36,324 nucleotides of DNA from Trypethelium eluteriae (lineage: Eukaryota): positions 1-36,324 of the forward strand of contig JAVECL010000203.1 of assembly GCA_051942245.1 (NCBI GenBank), in the 5' to 3' direction. Shown here in pieces: positions 31,959 to 36,324 of this stretch (the first letter of the stretch is position 1; every line of letters starts with the position of its first letter). Under the pieces are notes generated by a model. The model was not told the DNA's origin. It made no database searches and saw only the letters and a list, made by a program, of their open reading frames with translations. Position numbers and translations under genes: made by a program.

Positions 31959-34900
31959 ATGTCACGCCGCTCGGATGGGTTTGACCTTGCGTCGCCCAAG
32001 ACCCAGCGCAGCATGAGTATGAGCAGTGACCGACCCAGCCTTTCTGGAACTTCTACGATGCCTACTGGAATCCATCCTGCGCCAGCCTACGTAGCTGCTT
32101 CAGCCGCCTCGCAGATGGTCAGCGACCATCACCTAGGCGAAGATGAGGAAGTCAGCGGAATTGACGAAGGCGCCCTCTTCTCCGAAGGTGCTTTGGCTTC
32201 ACTCAATTCCTTCCTGGACCACCTCCTATACAGCTTTCTTGCAAGCGCAAAATCCACTTCGCTCGCCGCCCTCCGACCTGCCGTCACCGATGTCCTGAAG
32301 ACAAGGCTCGCCCGTGATGCTGTTGCGAGCGCCGACGAAGATCTTGCCGACCTGCTGTCTGGAACTGAAGATGAGGAGGAATTGTCCTATATCCAGAACG
32401 GGGCTGACGCCAATGCGAAATGGGATTTAGAAACTGTCTGGAGGAGGACACGCCTGCGGGTCATGGTGTACATCAGACTAGGTGAGATGGAGGACGAGGA
32501 TGAAGAAAGGTACCTGGAGGAGGATGAATACTTCAGTACAGACGATCGCCGTTTCTCTCGTAGCAGCGGACTCGTCTCGTGGGCAGCAGCGATATTCTTG
32601 ACCTCGGTGATCGAATATATGGCTGAGCAGACCATCATTTGTGCCGGCAAAGCAGCCTACGCAAAAGCTCTGAAGCGTAAAGCTTCGGATGCCCGGCACT
32701 CAATCGAAATGGATCAGGTTCCGACGAGGATCATTGTCGAGGACAGCGACATGGAAAAGGTCGCCTTGGACTCAACCCTCAGTCGCCTCTGGCGCACCTG
32801 GAGGCGGCGTTTGAAGTCGCCCTCCTCCTCTGCGTCAACTCCAGCTCCATCTCGCATAGGAACCCGCGCAGGATCTGTTACCTCGCCCAAAAGGAGAGGA
32901 GGTAGCATTGATGATACCGATGGCGGATTTTCTGAACCCGACGATTTTCGAACACCGTCTTCTCTTCTTGAAGGCGAAGTTCCGAACGTCGCCGGAGTCC
33001 GTACTGAAGCTCCCGAAAATATACCCTTGCCGATGGGAGACCGGGATATTGATGAGATTGAAATGCCAGGATTAGCTAACACATTTGAAGATGAGCCCGT
33101 CGAAGAAGAAGATGAGGAGCCGCCCCGACGTGCAAGCTTCATTACCCTCATGAGAAGTAAGGATGATAGCGTTGCTGTTCAGGATGACGACTTGGACGAA
33201 AGACCGATTCTCAAGCGTATCCGCTCTAGATCATTGCCGATCCCCGGAGCCTTTAGCAATGATAGCTCGCGAGATCAGCTATTTGAGAAGATAAGCCCTG
33301 CGGGTGCTGAAGCGAGCTCTTCCGAGAGCAAGCAAAGGGGTGACGATAGGCATATTCAGGATGCAGATCAAAACAAGAGGAAGAGTATACTTGCAACGGG
33401 CGCTTCAATGGCGGCTGCTGCTGGTGCTGCCGCATATGCTACCGTCATGGGCACACGCAAGAATGATGAGCCTTCAACCCCGGTTTCCCCCGGTGGGGAT
33501 GACGAGAGGAGCTTTCAAGCTCGCGAAACGCATGCAAGAGAGATTGATGACGTTCTTGATGCTCAGGTACTCGATTCACGACGAGTTTCTGTCATTCGTC
33601 CAACGGATGCCCCTGAGATTATCCGTCACGAGTCCGCCAGTTCATATAGCACCAGCAAATCATTCTCGCCTGTTCAAAAGTCTCAAGAAGCGGCACTTGA
33701 AAGCGAAAAAGAAATGTCAGAGGAAACGAAAGACGTGTCTCCACTACAAAAGGAAAAAGAGAAAGAGAATGCACAGCAAGGTGTAATCGGGGTTGCGAGT
33801 TCCTCGGTTAGGCCAATCTCACCTCCTTCTCCAACCGAAGATAAACAAAGTCGCATTCCACCCCAACAGCGCGGAAGCCCCGATGCCGACGATGATGCAA
33901 GGAAATTGGAACGCATCACAAAAGTCTCTGCACCTACTGCAGCTGTCGCTGCGGTTGCTGATGCTGGCGCTGCTGCAGTAGCAGCTAGAAAACATGCTGG
34001 CTCTGTCCATAAAGCAACTACACAGCCGTGGGATGAGCCATCTGCGGAACAGTTCCTAGCAGCAGAATCTCTTCAAGGCCCAAGCAGACATGGATCACCC
34101 TTACAACCTATCAAGACCGCGAAAAACTCTGGCTCTCAAGCTGCCGTCAACAAAGACATCTCCACACCAACACCCGCCAAGGAGAAGCTTCGTAAACCTG
34201 TTCCGACTGACACACGAACAATCACTTCAGTGCGGCAATCAGACCAGGCTCCTTCGAGCGAGAGCGCTACAAGTTCTACTAGTGATATAAAACCCGAACC
34301 CCTTGCTATCAGAACTACTGACAAGTCGCCCTCTGCATCCCCTGCGGAATGGTCTGCCCGTGCATCTCCGGCAACGAGAAGGCCTACCAGGGGCTCGAAA
34401 TCAAGCATTGATTCACTTGGCGATCAGCATGCTCAGGTCACCCCCATCTCTGGCTCTAGTGCACGAAGGCGCGATTTCGACTCGCTTATCAGAGGCGAAG
34501 AGACAATGAAGTATACTTTGACTCCCCAAGGCATGCGCGACTTTGAGGTCAGTAGAGCGACAGTTCCTGCTTACCAGTATCATTTACTAAAACGTGACAG
34601 CAGAATCCGAATAAAGGTCCGGCAGTGAAGGAAGCTGAAAGACCTAGGGCCTCTCCGAAAACCAGCAAACCCGTCCAGGAGCAATCTCGTTCGGCTGATC
34701 CCGGTCCAGCAGTCCAACAAACTCCAGATCCTAACTTTCCTGCACGGTCAAGCTCCGTAACAAACAAAACTCCCCAAAGCCGTAATTCTGAAGTCGGGCA
34801 ACCTGCCGGTCGTTCCAAATCCATTTCACGGCCGCCTCAGAGAAATTTTTCGGGGACGAAACAGGGCCTAGTAGCTCGAGAGCCGCAGGTTCAGACGGTT

Positions 34901-36324
34901 TCAACTAAGGATCTCGCCGATTTCTTCCAGACTACTGCCCCAGATAAAGAACCTGAGCCTATATTGCCTATTTCACTGAATCGATCGCAGCCGCAGCCAT
35001 CCGCAGCTGTGCGCCAGCAGTCCGATGCACCCCGTAGTTCCGGCTCCAAGAACGACAGGCGGAATAGCTTCAACAAATCCCCAAGTCGTACGTCTGTGGC
35101 TAATTCTAACTCGGGAGCTCCTCCGGTCCCAGTAGTAAGCCCAAAAAGAACGAATCTACAGGCTCGCGATGCAGTCGCACCATCGTCAGGAAACAGTGAC
35201 CTCATTGACTTCATTCGACAAGGTCCCCCTTCAGGCCCAAACGGTAAGAATCTTAGCTCTGGGAACAATGGTAAACGGCTAATTCTGTAGGCATTTCAAC
35301 CATCAACCAAGCACAGGCTTTCACTCCACGCAGTACAGCGCGGGACTCATCGACCATCGGAACGCAATCTTCAGCCCGAACATCTGCCAATTCACGCACT
35401 GCACTGATGCCTCAACAAAATGGGGGCTCATCATCGGCCGGCTCTGTCGTTCAACCTGTTCAAAGCAGTACGAAGCAGTCGCTTGCGCCTCCTGGAGCCA
35501 GTGCTACCCTTGGCGCTGGTGCCCCGGATCTGGGTAAGAAACGATATCGTAATAAGGATCCTTACGCTATTGACTTCGACGATGAGGAGGACGAAGATCT
35601 CTTGACATCATTGCCACCTGGTGGAAAGCCGAAGCGCCAGGAAGAAAGCCTGATTGACTTCCTCAATAGCGTCGAACCACCTTCCCTCAATTCCCCCAAG
35701 CCGATCCTCAATGGCGCCCAATCTCCTAGCAGTAAAAGTAAGAAGGACCAAGCAAACACAGGCAAGAAAAGCGAAAGCGGGACGCTGAAGAAAGCCGACC
35801 CGAAAGCTGCGAAGGCATCTTCAAACTCCAAGGCAAAACCTGGCTCTCCATCGTCCAACCCCGCCACCTCAGGCTTCCGCCAGAACGGCGCCCTCCCCCG
35901 TGACGGCATCCTCAGCACCACAACGCATCGTGCTCCGAACGGAAGCCCGCAGCAGCAACAGCCCCCCATGATGAATCCCCTCTCCATGCACACCCCCGAC
36001 CAAGTCAGCAATCGCCCCGCCTCTGTTTCCAACGCCAGCACCGCCCTTCCGCAGTTACCGAACCCCTCCGGCCTCTCCGGGGGTGGTGCGCGCCTCGACT
36101 TTTCCTCACCCTCCAGCTCTCGACCGCCAGCCAGCGCAGAAGGCGAGTCCGGCGACGTGTTGGCGTCGAATCGACCGAAGCCGAGACCGGGCGTCGCGAA
36201 GGACGCGGGGTCGGCGGCGCGTCTTGACGCCTTCCATACGGATGACTTGGCGGATTTTCTGAGGAGCAGCGGCCCTCCTGATGGCGGGGCGCCGGCGCCG
36301 GTGGTGGGGAAGTCGAGGGAGGAG
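31959..36324 (+). CDS. Large conserved fungal protein (3'-truncated) with helical histone-fold-like N-terminal domain and long disordered tail. Model: join(31959..34547,34601..35243,35291..>36324).
   Basis: Introns GTCAGT...TACTAAA...CAG (34548-34600) and GTAAGA...GCTAAT...TAG (35244-35290) join three open frames; the last stays open to the window end. Conserved-looking blocks: LNSFLDHLLYSFL, VWRRTRLRVMVYIRLGEMEDEDE, AAIFLTSVIEYMAEQ, EETMKYTLTP, KDPYAID. Confidence 0.85.

Noticed and set aside
1..36324. Transposons, CRISPR arrays, rRNA, RIP-degraded repeats; many antisense ORFs within genes
   Set aside because: No transposase/RT motifs, terminal repeats, spaced repeats or long AT-rich blocks seen; antisense ORFs are shadows of the real coding frames.

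Overview
Eukaryotic nuclear DNA from a filamentous ascomycete (Pezizomycotina). Support: short spliceosomal introns (mostly 47-75 nt) with CTAAY/CTGAC branch sites, and typical fungal genes. Gene order: 5'-truncated Mediator subunit MED1 (+); a secreted subtilase locus that reconstructs best as one ~1335-aa gene with two complete tandem S8 domains (+); an orphan ORF (+); SNU13 (-, 6 exons); a MOSC/mARC-type protein (+); V-ATPase subunit c VMA3 (-, 5 exons); an ORP1-like conserved fungal protein (+); a type II membrane PLOD/LH3-GT-like protein (+); two orphan ORFs (+); a small Cys-rich protein (+); a tRNA gene (+); and a large 3'-truncated protein with a histone-fold-like N-terminus (+). The main finding is the tRNA at 30397-30537. 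It has a serine body with an ordinary 13-nt tRNA intron at 37/38. It also carries a 47-nt GT...ACTAAT...TAG insert, shaped like a spliceosomal intron, exactly between U33 and the anticodon. Removing that insert restores a canonical tRNA-Ser(CGA), which suggests maturation by both the spliceosome and the tRNA splicing endonuclease. No transposon, CRISPR array or rRNA was recognised. All gene models were built by eye and are unverified.
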